Of a stretch of 64,000 bases of DNA, positions 18,668 through 27,469 are shown one piece after another. Positions within the stretch are counted from its first letter, which is position 1; each line of letters begins with the position of its first letter. The DNA lies in IMG/VR virus record IMGVR_UViG_3300032214_000528, positions 32,001 through 96,000 of that record, one strand, 5' to 3'. The notes under the pieces are model-generated. The model worked only from the letters and a program-made list of their open reading frames with translations. It made no database searches and was not told where the DNA came from. Both the position numbers and the translations under genes were made by a program. Source of the stretch: a virus.

Positions 18668-19445
18668 AGATCACCTTTGGATGTCTATCAACTACACCAC
18701 TTACTTTCTTAGCAACTGCAAAGATGTTATCACCAGTGTGTTGGACTTTGATCCCTATCATCTCGAGGCGGAGAGCAATGCCAACATGTGGTTCTTCAAA
18801 TGAGTCTTCAGTCCAAGTTGATCCATCAAAGCCAGCAGCTTTAAGAACTGCTGTAAGTGAATGAATGCTGTATTCGTAGTTGTGTCGATAGAGTGATCGA
18901 TCATGTCGATACTGCATGTAAAAATATGGCTCGATGCCATTAAGTATTTTATGAATTGCCCAAGTGCTAGCGCAGTTAGGTGTTGTAACTAAAAGGGTTC
19001 CTCCGACTTTAAGAACTCTATTAATCTCTGAAAGCATGTACATGGGGTCGACCTCCATGTGCTCAATAACTTCCGAGAGGAGTATGAAGTCGAAGGAATT
19101 ATCGTCGAAGGGAAGTGGCTCATCTTCAATGTTTACACGACCAACTTTAAGATTAATAGATTCATCTTGAAGTGTGAATATGTCTTCGCCAAGTTTTGGT
19201 TTATCTAAGTTGAAATCAGTAACGGTTAAATCTAGCTCTGGTGCAAGCTTGCTAAGAACAAGTGGGATGAGAGAGGTTGTCCCTATCTCTAAAAACTTAC
19301 CTTGAGGTTTTTGATCAAGGATTACTTGTAGGGTTCTTGCCATTCGACGAGCGTGACCGTAATGGTAGTTGTCTTCTTTTTTAATTAAAGGTTTCATAGC
19401 ATTGACAATTTCTGGTGAAATATCTTTGTAAGTCTCTGTAATCAT
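18657..19445 (-). CDS. Class I SAM-dependent methyltransferase
   Basis: FLEIG, SFDFILLSEVIEH, RVLKVGGTLLVTTPN; start MITETY. Confidence 0.88.
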   Translation of the reverse strand: MITETYKDISPEIVNAMKPLIKKEDNYHYGHARRMARTLQVILDQKPQGKFLEIGTTSLIPLVLSKLAPELDLTVTDFNLDKPKLGEDIFTLQDESINLKVGRVNIEDEPLPFDDNSFDFILLSEVIEHMEVDPMYMLSEINRVLKVGGTLLVTTPNCASTWAIHKILNGIEPYFYMQYRHDRSLYRHNYEYSIHSLTAVLKAAGFDGSTWTEDSFEEPHVGIALRLEMIGIKVQHTGDNIFAVAKKVSGVVDRHPKVIYAD

Positions 19446-19843
19446 TCTTCTTCTCCCAAATATACAAAGCGCTCGATACCTGCAGACTGCATTATCTTCA
19501 TACAACCTGGACAAGGATGACCCGTGATGTAGATAGTTGAGCCTTGAAGCTCTTCCCAAGATGCACGAATAATTGCGTTAGCCTCAGCGTGAGTTGCCCA
19601 GCAAAGGTCGTATTGTCCTTCTGAATGTTTTGAATTAGGGTCAAGTGCCCTAGGACATTGACCTGTAGCTCCACAAGAGTTTTCACTTCCGGGAGGTGAT
19701 CCGTTATATCCTGTAGAAACAATCTTATGATTTTTCACAATAACAGCGCCATGTTGCGCTCGCACACAATCACCACGCATAGAAACCGCAACGGCTATAT
19801 TGAGATAGTAGGTGTCCCAATCTGGGCGTTGTAATTCTGTCAT
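19442..19843 (-). CDS. dCMP deaminase
   Basis: STGYNG, HAEANAI, PCPGC. Confidence 0.93.
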   Translation of the reverse strand: MTELQRPDWDTYYLNIAVAVSMRGDCVRAQHGAVIVKNHKIVSTGYNGSPPGSENSCGATGQCPRALDPNSKHSEGQYDLCWATHAEANAIIRASWEELQGSTIYITGHPCPGCMKIMQSAGIERFVYLGEEE

Positions 19844-19871
19844 TGAGTCAGCCTATCAGAAAATAGTAAAG

Positions 19872-19927
19872 GAGCAGTTTGTCGACATGCTCAGGTCGCC
19901 ATCCTAGGTAGTAGCGTACCTAGAAAT
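19872..19927 (-). ncRNA. Candidate hairpin plus H-type pseudoknot (unassigned)
   Basis: CTAGGTA/TACCTAG stem, then CGAC/GTCG stem whose loop GAGCA pairs with downstream TGCTC. Confidence 0.4.
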
Positions 19928-19933
19928 TTATTA

Positions 19934-20095
19934 TTACTTTACTTTACGCTCCCAACGGGTTCCTTCTTGGAGGATTCCGTCTTTGTCGCCATCTCTTGCA
20001 TTAGGGTTGTAGCCCTTTGCAATCTTGTCATCTTTAATTGCATAGTAAGAAATAAAGACAGCCATAGCTAAATAGACTGCTACTACTTCAATCAT
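19934..20095 (-). CDS. Small membrane-anchored protein (53 aa, not in ORF track)
   Basis: N-terminal TM, then YNPNARDGDKDGILQEGTRWER. Confidence 0.65.
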   Translation of the reverse strand: MIEVVAVYLAMAVFISYYAIKDDKIAKGYNPNARDGDKDGILQEGTRWERKVK

Positions 20096-20871
20096 TTGGT
20101 TAACGCTGCCCAAGTCTTAGGGCCAACTACGCCATTGGTTTCTTCAAGCTTGTTTGCCTTCTGGTACTCGATGACAGCCTTTTCAGTTGCTGGACCAAAA
20201 TCTCCATCAGCTTTTAACTTAAGAGCAATCTGCACCTTCTTGACATTAGAACCCTTAGATCCCTTTTTCAATGGAACAAATGCTGCTGGCTTCTTAGGTG
20301 CTGCAGGTTTTGATGTTGGAGCATCAGATGAACCAACCTTAGAAAGAAGTGGAAGGTTTTCTTCGCCAGCATAAACTGGACGACCCCAGCCAACGACTGC
20401 ATTCATAAGCTTTAGCTTGTTGTCCTTGACATATGCACGAGTCTTCTCGACACACATTCCGCCATTGCGCTGGTCTCCCTTTGCAGTTCCTGAAGTGTTG
20501 CCTTCGATAACTTGGATAGTTCCATTTCCGTTGTTCTTAATGCAAAGACCAACATGAGAAATACGATTGACACCATCATCTGGGAAATCAAAATAAATCC
20601 AGTCTCCTGCAGACGGGTCATCGTTACGAGCATCTGCCCAACGGTTTTCTTTCTTAAACTGATCTGATGCTGCAACTGTTGATGCTGACTTAGGGAACTT
20701 TGAAACCCCAGCTGTCATTGCACACCAAGAAACGAAAGACTGGCACCAAGGTTGGAAGTTTACCTTCATCCATGCGCCGTACTTTGTCTCGTTATCTTTT
20801 GGTCCTTCAATTGTTCCAAGTTCTTTTTTAGCAACCTCGATGATTGCCTCTACTGATCCTTTTACTGCCAT
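20092..20871 (-). CDS. Endolysin: CHAP amidase plus C-terminal peptidoglycan-binding domain
   Basis: QPWCQSFV (Cys), SHVG (His), IEGNT; LKKGSKG..VQ..L..DGDFGPATEKAV..GVVGPKTW. Confidence 0.9.
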   Translation of the reverse strand: MAVKGSVEAIIEVAKKELGTIEGPKDNETKYGAWMKVNFQPWCQSFVSWCAMTAGVSKFPKSASTVAASDQFKKENRWADARNDDPSAGDWIYFDFPDDGVNRISHVGLCIKNNGNGTIQVIEGNTSGTAKGDQRNGGMCVEKTRAYVKDNKLKLMNAVVGWGRPVYAGEENLPLLSKVGSSDAPTSKPAAPKKPAAFVPLKKGSKGSNVKKVQIALKLKADGDFGPATEKAVIEYQKANKLEETNGVVGPKTWAALTK

Positions 20872-20981
20872 TATTCGTCATCTCCTTCTAGATGTCTGTC
20901 TTCACAGTCTCGTGCCAGACTAGACACGACATAAAGTTTCTTGCACCAATCGCAACGCCATTGAGCAAGGTTGTCCTTCAT
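20871..20981 (-). CDS. Zn-finger microprotein (36 aa, not in ORF track)
   Basis: WRCDWCKKLYVVSSLARDCEDRH. Confidence 0.6.
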   Translation of the reverse strand: MKDNLAQWRCDWCKKLYVVSSLARDCEDRHLEGDDE

Positions 20982-20991
20982 TAAGACAATT

Positions 20992-21171
20992 CTAGCGTTT
21001 CCCTGCCCAGCCTGTTCCTTTGAAGATTGTTGGGTTAGCGGTAAAAACTCTAATCAAACTGCCTTTACAGCCTTCCTGAGCGCATGTAGAAGTGCTTGGG
21101 GCAGTTCCTATAGGAAACTCTAAGTCAGTCTCTTTTAGACAATTTTGGCACTTATATCCATATATAGCCAT
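20992..21171 (-). CDS. FmdB-like zinc-ribbon protein (not in ORF track)
   Basis: MAIYGYKCQNC...C..C...FKGTGW. Confidence 0.8.
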   Translation of the reverse strand: MAIYGYKCQNCLKETDLEFPIGTAPSTSTCAQEGCKGSLIRVFTANPTIFKGTGWAGKR

Positions 21172-21173
21172 AA

Positions 21174-21347
21174 CTACTTCTCTTCTTCTTCTTCTTCTTT
21201 AGATATACGATATGCAGTTCCTCCGCAAACGCCTCTACCCATTGTGCGGCGCTCACATGAGACGGTTTCAAAGCTTTTTAATGAATCGTCATAGTTATAA
21301 GAAACAATTTCATCGCAGAGAAAACATTTATATACGTACAACGTCAT
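21174..21347 (-). CDS. Second FmdB-like zinc-ribbon protein (not in ORF track)
   Basis: MTLYVYKCFLC...C...CGGTAYR. Confidence 0.55.
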   Translation of the reverse strand: MTLYVYKCFLCDEIVSYNYDDSLKSFETVSCERRTMGRGVCGGTAYRISKEEEEEEK

Positions 21348-21630
21348 AAGTAATTCCTAATCTTTTTGCAAGTTCGTGTCTTCTTTCTTCGTTCATACCT
21401 CCCCAAACGCCATAGACTTCTGGAACTTTAAGAGCGTGGTCGAGACATGCTTGCTTTACAGGACATGTATTGCAAATTGCAATAGCACTTTGTTCCCTAT
21501 TTCTTTTAGTTTTGCCACGCATGTTTTCTTCAAGAAAGAAGCTATCTGTATCAACTCCATTGCAAGCTCCCTGATACTGCCACTCCCATTGGTCGTGAAC
21601 AGGTTTTAGAGCTTTGCTAACTACTGTCAT
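21328..21630 (-). CDS. whiB: WhiB-family transcription factor (WhiB3/WhiD-like)
   Basis: WEWQYQGAC...CNTCPVKQAC...YGVWGG; four Cys. Confidence 0.93.
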   Translation of the reverse strand: MTVVSKALKPVHDQWEWQYQGACNGVDTDSFFLEENMRGKTKRNREQSAIAICNTCPVKQACLDHALKVPEVYGVWGGMNEERRHELAKRLGITYDVVRI

Positions 21631-21928
21631 TGTGCTCTCTTTCTAAAACCTCTAGGTGGTCTCTAACTAAGCCAATCGGTACAACAGGTTTTCCAACTAT
21701 CCCATGTTTACGTCTGTAGGCATCTCTTTCATTGAAAGTAGTTCCAGCCCATACTCCGTAAACTAAGTTATCTCTTGCATGTTCAAAACATTCATCTAAT
21801 GCTGGACAACTACTACACATTCGCTTAATGTGATTTAGATTCGTGTAATTAGCATTACCTGAATCATCTTCAACAAAAAACAAATTTATATCTAGTCCTA
21901 GACAAGATGGTGTGTTTTTAAAATGCAT
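21617..21928 (-). CDS. whiB: WhiB-family transcription factor (divergent)
   Basis: C...LFF...CSSCPALDEC...YGVWAG. Confidence 0.88.
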   Translation of the reverse strand: MHFKNTPSCLGLDINLFFVEDDSGNANYTNLNHIKRMCSSCPALDECFEHARDNLVYGVWAGTTFNERDAYRRKHGIVGKPVVPIGLVRDHLEVLEREHNDSS

Positions 21929-21963
21929 AAGCTCCTATTAAGTTTTGGTTGAACAAATAACCT

Positions 21964-24009
21964 TTACTGGTTATTTGCGATTAGTTTAACCTCACAAGCG
22001 TCGGTTGTGCAATAAGCCTCGCCGATAGCATCGGCTGCCATTCCTGCATAAACTCCTGAGAAATCAATTGGGAAGAGTTTCATAACACCTTCTTCATTAT
22101 ATTCTTCCTGAGTTATTTGCGTGTAAGGCATTTGAGGATAAGTAAAGTTTCCTGAAGGTAGGAATGAAACAGTCTTTAGCTGACCATCATACATATGCAA
22201 TACAGTTCCAACATGTTCCTTCTCTGTTTCTGGATCAAATGAAATAGTTACAGATACAGAGTTATCTGACCAGTAGCGCTGTGCAGTTGCTGCAAGTGCC
22301 ATCTTCTCGAAGATAGTTACATCTTTCTCTGCACGCTCTGCCATTGACTCGATTGGAAAGAAAACAACTGAAGTTGTGTCAGGTGATTCTGATGCTGGTT
22401 CAACTCTGTAGTTTGCCATCTTGAAAAGTGGAAGCATTGGATCTGAATTAGCAAAACGAATTGCACGATTGAAATACTTTCCACCCGGAGTCCAGTGAAC
22501 TCCTGGAGACTCTCCAGCTAAGATTGAGACTGTGCCTGATGGCTTAACGGTTGTGGTCTTGATTGACTCACGAATACCAAGCCACTCTGAATAGGTCACG
22601 TCATAATTCTTAACTACGGTGTAGCCTTGGTCCATCCAGTCTTTAAGAACTGGCAATCCAATTCGATCTGCAAAGTTAGCAACTCCAGATATTGACGTGC
22701 CAATTCTGCGATTTCTTTGCATGATCGCATTGGTCTCTTCCCAGTGTGTTGGTAGAAGAGTGACAGTCTTAGCGTAGAGATATGCAAACTTAAGTGTGCG
22801 CTTGAAATCTTCCAAGTCATCGTGACGATTTAAATATGTTTCAACAAGAGTACACATTTCATATGACTCGAGTGATTGCTCAGCACAAGGGTTATAACCC
22901 ATGATGCGATGATCCTTATTGTTAATTGGATCTGCTAAGCGACCATACTTGCGTGATAGGTCAAGCCAAACAACTCCTGGTTCTCCGTTGAGTGCAATGC
23001 CTTCAACAATTCCTGATAAATCTTGTCCAACCTCAGCTGCGATGGAGTTGTTAGACATCCAAGCCCAGCCGGGATTCTCTGGGTCGTATGAGTTACGATC
23101 TGGAAATACTTCTGGATTTTTAAGGTTTAAGAATGTTTCGTCTCCTAGTCTTCCGATAAGGAGTTCAGCAGAGCGGCGCACATTGCCAGAAACAACGCAA
23201 ACGCCAATGAGATTACCAATATCGGCGATATCAGTACGAGTGACTTTTTCATTTTCACGATTGATAAATAGCTTTCTAATGTAGTTGTGAAGTTTAATAA
23301 GTGGGTCTGGACCTGCTGCAGTTCCACCAAAGATTTTAATTGGTGCACCAGCTGGACGAACTTCAGAGTAGTCATATTCAAATGTTGGCTGATCTGGCTT
23401 CAAGAATGAATTAATAAGTTGTGCAGTTGTGTTAACCCAACCTTCACGAGAGTCTTCTACAACTACTGTAACTACTTCATCCTTTGGCTTATAGATGGTG
23501 AAATCTTTATCAGCACCTAAGTCATCAAAGCCAACGCCAACACCAAGCATTGATGCTTCCATAAGGAATGCAAATGGCTTTGCTGGATCGTTCTTTGTCA
23601 TCTCTCGTGTTGAAACGAAAGCACAGTTTTGTAATGCTGCTGAGTTCTTTTGCTCGTTAACGAGCGGTGTACCCATTACCCAGAGTCCACGTCCCGGTGG
23701 AGTCCACTTCAAGTTGAAGAGACGGTCAAATGCTTCTTTTGCTGATGCTGCTGCACGAGTGTCAGACCAAGGAAGTCGTGAAGTTTTGCAGTGATCTTTT
23801 TGAATTGAATACATGCCATTGATTACTCGCTCGCAAACTTCAAGCCAAGTCTCTTTAGTTCCGTCTTCTTTCTTACGAGAATAAGTACGAAGAAAAGTAA
23901 TTTCACCTACTGAGTTGCCACCTGCATCTCTATATCCGAAAGGAGCCTTCTTATCCTTATAGGTTGCTAGAAAATCTTCGGATAACTTAAAAGAGAAAAC
24001 AAATGACAT
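21964..24009 (-). CDS. nrdJ: Class II adenosylcobalamin-dependent ribonucleotide reductase
   Basis: PPGRGLW, NCAF, NPCAEQ, CTLVE, TVKPSGT; 681 aa, no intein. Confidence 0.95.
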   Translation of the reverse strand: MSFVFSFKLSEDFLATYKDKKAPFGYRDAGGNSVGEITFLRTYSRKKEDGTKETWLEVCERVINGMYSIQKDHCKTSRLPWSDTRAAASAKEAFDRLFNLKWTPPGRGLWVMGTPLVNEQKNSAALQNCAFVSTREMTKNDPAKPFAFLMEASMLGVGVGFDDLGADKDFTIYKPKDEVVTVVVEDSREGWVNTTAQLINSFLKPDQPTFEYDYSEVRPAGAPIKIFGGTAAGPDPLIKLHNYIRKLFINRENEKVTRTDIADIGNLIGVCVVSGNVRRSAELLIGRLGDETFLNLKNPEVFPDRNSYDPENPGWAWMSNNSIAAEVGQDLSGIVEGIALNGEPGVVWLDLSRKYGRLADPINNKDHRIMGYNPCAEQSLESYEMCTLVETYLNRHDDLEDFKRTLKFAYLYAKTVTLLPTHWEETNAIMQRNRRIGTSISGVANFADRIGLPVLKDWMDQGYTVVKNYDVTYSEWLGIRESIKTTTVKPSGTVSILAGESPGVHWTPGGKYFNRAIRFANSDPMLPLFKMANYRVEPASESPDTTSVVFFPIESMAERAEKDVTIFEKMALAATAQRYWSDNSVSVTISFDPETEKEHVGTVLHMYDGQLKTVSFLPSGNFTYPQMPYTQITQEEYNEEGVMKLFPIDFSGVYAGMAADAIGEAYCTTDACEVKLIANNQ

Positions 24010-24094
24010 TAACGTGCTCCGTTTCGATAAAAGGGGTTACAAATAAAGGTAAATAAAAGTACTGGATTACCCTAGGGGATTAAGTCTATCTTGT

Positions 24095-24319
24095 CTAGAA
24101 AAGCTCGTCTTGAAGTCTTTTGTCCACTTTATGAGATGTGATATCTAAAGTAAGCGCCTGAGCGCATTGCAAACCTGCAATAAACTCTTCTGGAAGTGCT
24201 TTGGATTTGCTTTCTTCAATTACATCTTGTATAGCAATATAAATCTTATGACGGATAGTGGATTCAATTTCTGTTTTATGTTGCTCGTAGTTACTCCAAT
24301 AAACTGCAACTTCAGACAT
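24095..24319 (-). CDS. Hypothetical protein
   Basis: 74 aa with GGAG RBS. Confidence 0.6.
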   Translation of the reverse strand: MSEVAVYWSNYEQHKTEIESTIRHKIYIAIQDVIEESKSKALPEEFIAGLQCAQALTLDITSHKVDKRLQDELF

Positions 24320-24327
24320 TGTCTCTC

Positions 24328-24693
24328 CTATATTAGATCAGTGGTCGGATGTAATCCATCTCCATCAAATAGTACGTCGAGTTCTTCAAGATGACAACTG
24401 TGAACTTCAACTAGAAGGTCATCTTCATCGCACTCGCCGCAAGCGATATATGAAACTGTGTAGCCAAGCTTTTCTAATGTATCGAAAGCTTCGTCTATAT
24501 CTTTAGCGGACATGCTGACCGGGGCAACCCTGAGTCGGGCAACGTGGGTTTCCATTATTGCCTTGAGTCTCTGTTCGCTTTTGCTTACAGAATTTACATG
24601 TGTCTTGACTAGATAAAGGAAGCTTGTCAGCCATTGAGTTCTCCACTCACTAGGAAACTGGAAGGGAAACTTTGAGCATACCCTGCCAAACAA
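24328..24693 (-). CDS. Hypothetical protein (start uncertain)
   Basis: C-terminal CGEC...C; overlaps upstream ORF. Confidence 0.45.
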   Translation of the reverse strand: MFGRVCSKFPFQFPSEWRTQWLTSFLYLVKTHVNSVSKSEQRLKAIMETHVARLRVAPVSMSAKDIDEAFDTLEKLGYTVSYIACGECDEDDLLVEVHSCHLEELDVLFDGDGLHPTTDLI

Positions 24694-24824
24694 TCTGTTG
24701 AATGAAAGTATCTCACCTTTTGAAGAGCCCTAGGCCAAGTAAGGACTATCGCATTGGATGGGTCAAAGCTTGTGTGAGAAGGGCAGTCGTCCCAACTACA
24801 TTCAACTAGTTGATTTCGGCCCAT
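24627..24824 (-). CDS. Small Cys-rich protein
   Basis: CSWDDC...YFHSTDCL; leaderless TAAAAT promoter. Confidence 0.6.
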   Translation of the reverse strand: MGRNQLVECSWDDCPSHTSFDPSNAIVLTWPRALQKVRYFHSTDCLAGYAQSFPSSFLVSGELNG

Positions 24825-24860
24825 GTGGTAATTTTATCTTCTTACTATAAAGTATGCACT

Positions 24861-25520
24861 ATGAGCGTACAACACTATGACGTGGCGATAGCCACCCCCG
24901 GACATTCCATGAAAGCTGAGTATGTCAGGGCTTTGGTGAAAACCTGTGCCAGATTGGATAGTGAGGGGATCTCCTATATCTGGCTAAATAAGTATTCATC
25001 CTTTGTTCCAAGTGCTCGAGAACTGACCGCTACAGACACCTACAGCCATAACTGGGAAACTCGGGTTATTGGTTCCGGGAACTTTACCTGCAGCAAGATC
25101 TTCTGGATTGATTCAGATATCGAGTGGGAGGTGGGTGATTTCCTGAAGCTGCTTGAGTCACCCCTAGATATTATTTCCGGGCTCTACCAGACGCATCCGA
25201 ATGGGACGGTTGCCGTAAATAAGCCTGACTTTCTGGGAAGACCCCTAAAGGTCAATAAAGATGAGTTTATGCTAGATGATGAGCCAGTTGAGGTAGGTGG
25301 GGTTGGGTTTGGGTTTGTGGCGATGAAGGCTGAGGTTCTGGAGAATATGAAGAGACCTTGGTTCCTGATTGATAGGGTTCGCTGGGACGATATGCCTTTT
25401 GACACTAATGTGGGTGAGGACTATTCTTTCTGCAACAATGCCAAGAAAGCTGGGTTCAAAATCTGGGTTGATCCTTTGGTGAGAGTGCTTCATCATAAGG
25501 AAACTGTCTACCAAGTTTGA
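24861..25520 (+). CDS. Glycosyltransferase-like protein (GT-A fold)
   Basis: FWIDSD (DxD), GFGFVAM, GEDYSFC, WVDP..V.H. Confidence 0.8.
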   Translation: MSVQHYDVAIATPGHSMKAEYVRALVKTCARLDSEGISYIWLNKYSSFVPSARELTATDTYSHNWETRVIGSGNFTCSKIFWIDSDIEWEVGDFLKLLESPLDIISGLYQTHPNGTVAVNKPDFLGRPLKVNKDEFMLDDEPVEVGGVGFGFVAMKAEVLENMKRPWFLIDRVRWDDMPFDTNVGEDYSFCNNAKKAGFKIWVDPLVRVLHHKETVYQV

Positions 25521-25870
25521 CAGTATATAAATACATACTATACACTATAACGGTATAACAGACTATACTTTGAGTAAGGTCTTTTGATCTCTACTTTTCT
25601 ATGATACTATTGTTGCAGGAAGGTTGTAAAGTGAAAAGATACTATTGTGGAAAAAGTATTTTGGATTGGTTTTCTTCAATAGTGACACTATACAAGTATA
25701 CAGTATAGTATATATACTGTACTATAAATATTACTACATCATGTGTACACGCGTAGAGCTAAGGTGAAACATAGTCTTATATACCGTTATACTTTATAGT
25801 GTATAGTACAAGCTTAAATAAATAGATCTTGACTATAAAGTATAAGAGGGTATAGACTCTAGAATGAAAG
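25521..25870. repeat. AT-rich segment with nested inverted repeats and TATA-type iterons (origin candidate)
   Basis: TACAGTATA-N5-TATACTGTA at 25699-25721; imperfect IR 25539-25566 / 25771-25805. Confidence 0.6.
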
Positions 25871-25880
25871 CGAGGTTTCA

Positions 25881-26072
25881 ATGACGAAAGACGAAGAGAT
25901 TGCTAAGCGACTGACTCGAGTTGAGTTAGAGATCAAGCGAATGCAAAAGGATGTAAAAGATTTAACGGCTGAAAGTAAGAAGCTACGAACAGATGTGTAT
26001 GAGTTTGTTGGGGTCTTCAAAACTTTCTTAGAGCTAGTAAAGGAGACAGAAGATGACATTAACACCAAGTGA
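25881..26072 (+). CDS. Coiled-coil hypothetical protein
   Basis: 63 aa with heptad pattern. Confidence 0.6.
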   Translation: MTKDEEIAKRLTRVELEIKRMQKDVKDLTAESKKLRTDVYEFVGVFKTFLELVKETEDDINTK

Positions 26073-26274
26073 CTTGATTGTGCTGGGTTCTATTGTAGGA
26101 GCCACCACTTCACTAACCACTCTTGTAACTCTTATTTTCTTTAGAGCATTGGAACGCAGAAGGAAGATGAGATTGATGGAAGAGTTTCTTATGCACATGC
26201 ATGACAAGATGGAGACTGACGAGAAGTTCGTTTCTATTATAAATCAACTTAAGCAGGAAGGTGAAGACCTGTGA
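26053..26274 (+). CDS. Hypothetical membrane protein
   Basis: N-terminal TM. Confidence 0.55.
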   Translation: MTLTPSDLIVLGSIVGATTSLTTLVTLIFFRALERRRKMRLMEEFLMHMHDKMETDEKFVSIINQLKQEGEDL

Positions 26275-26798
26275 CAGATGCAAAAGAGTTCTTTAATAAA
26301 CTAGGTGTCTCTATTGAGGACGTCGACAGTAAGGAAGATAGACAGAGGCGTAGAGGTCCGACAGATAGAAGAATTTGTATCTGTGGTCACGGAACTAATA
26401 AACACAAAAACCCCGAGATAGCAGACGAGACACGAAATCGCTATGTTGATGGTGTTGTAGCCGAGCGTACATATGCATGCAACCCCAATGCCCGAGTTGA
26501 GTGTCCATGTAGGCTGCCTCAACCTGTAATTGTTGTAAGCGACTCCCGATGGTTCCTTAGGAAAACTCAAGGTGGCGGACACCTTCATGCACTCGTTCGA
26601 GGTATGAGAAGTCTTCTAGAAATTGAAGGAGCCACGATTGACTGGCTAATTGAACCAACCTGCGCTAAATGCAATGAGTCAGGTTCAGATAAGAACATTC
26701 TTCCAGTACCATTAACTAAAGCTGGAAGACTAACCCACGATGGTCTGTCAGAAGGATACGACCGCCTTCTCTGTGAAGAATGTAGAAAGGAAGTTTAA
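26271..26798 (+). CDS. Cys/His-rich hypothetical protein
   Basis: CICGH..H, C..CPC, CAKC, CEEC. Confidence 0.7.
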   Translation: MTDAKEFFNKLGVSIEDVDSKEDRQRRRGPTDRRICICGHGTNKHKNPEIADETRNRYVDGVVAERTYACNPNARVECPCRLPQPVIVVSDSRWFLRKTQGGGHLHALVRGMRSLLEIEGATIDWLIEPTCAKCNESGSDKNILPVPLTKAGRLTHDGLSEGYDRLLCEECRKEV

Positions 26799-27130
26799 TG
26801 AGCCTAGAAGACGATATTGCAAACCCAATGATAGAGACAATCAACTCTATGATTGCTAACGAGCAGATCAATGTCGATCATGCTTCTGTTTTAATGACAA
26901 TTCTTAAATACTCTATCGATGAAGCAAGGTTTAATCTTAGAGCGCAGATAGACGACAAGATCCATTTATGGGAGTCAATGTATGGTGAGAGAGATAAGAC
27001 GCTTTATGCTCTTGGTTTACGCCATGCTTTAGATATGATAAATGGTGAAGTAGCAACAGATAAGAACGGCTTTAATGATAAGCCTTATGAAGAAGGCCAA
27101 GAGTTTATTATAGATGCAGAGGAAGTGTAA
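26798..27130 (+). CDS. Hypothetical protein
   Basis: LYALGLRHALD pattern; coupled stop/start. Confidence 0.7.
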   Translation: MSLEDDIANPMIETINSMIANEQINVDHASVLMTILKYSIDEARFNLRAQIDDKIHLWESMYGERDKTLYALGLRHALDMINGEVATDKNGFNDKPYEEGQEFIIDAEEV

Positions 27131-27367
27131 ATGGAGTATTGGTCTTATCTGCTGGCAATTATAGGAGTGTCAGGAATCTTTCTAGTTGGCAGAAAGACCA
27201 TCTGGGGTTGGCTAATCCTTTGCGTTAATGAATGTATTTGGATTGCCTATGCTTTGGCAACTAAGCAATATGGTTTTATCATAATGGCAGTTGCATACGC
27301 AAGTGTGTATGTGAAGTCTTATATTGGTTGGAGACGAGATGAAGTTCAGGTTCAGCAAAACAGCTGA
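27131..27367 (+). CDS. Small PnuC-like membrane protein
   Basis: W..GW...W..YA...QYGF...GW pattern; 3 TM. Confidence 0.6.
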   Translation: MEYWSYLLAIIGVSGIFLVGRKTIWGWLILCVNECIWIAYALATKQYGFIIMAVAYASVYVKSYIGWRRDEVQVQQNS

Positions 27368-27469
27368 GGAACTTAGACGACTAATGGATCTGAGAAGGTC
27401 TTCTGCAACCACCCCTACCAAAAATAAAAAGAAATACAATAGAAAAATTAAACACCCAAAAAGGGATAT

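Noticed and set aside
21964-24095. Intein/intron in nrdJ, or a cobalamin riboswitch upstream
   Set aside because: Protein is normal length with contiguous motifs; the upstream gap is ~85 bp with no recognisable B12-box
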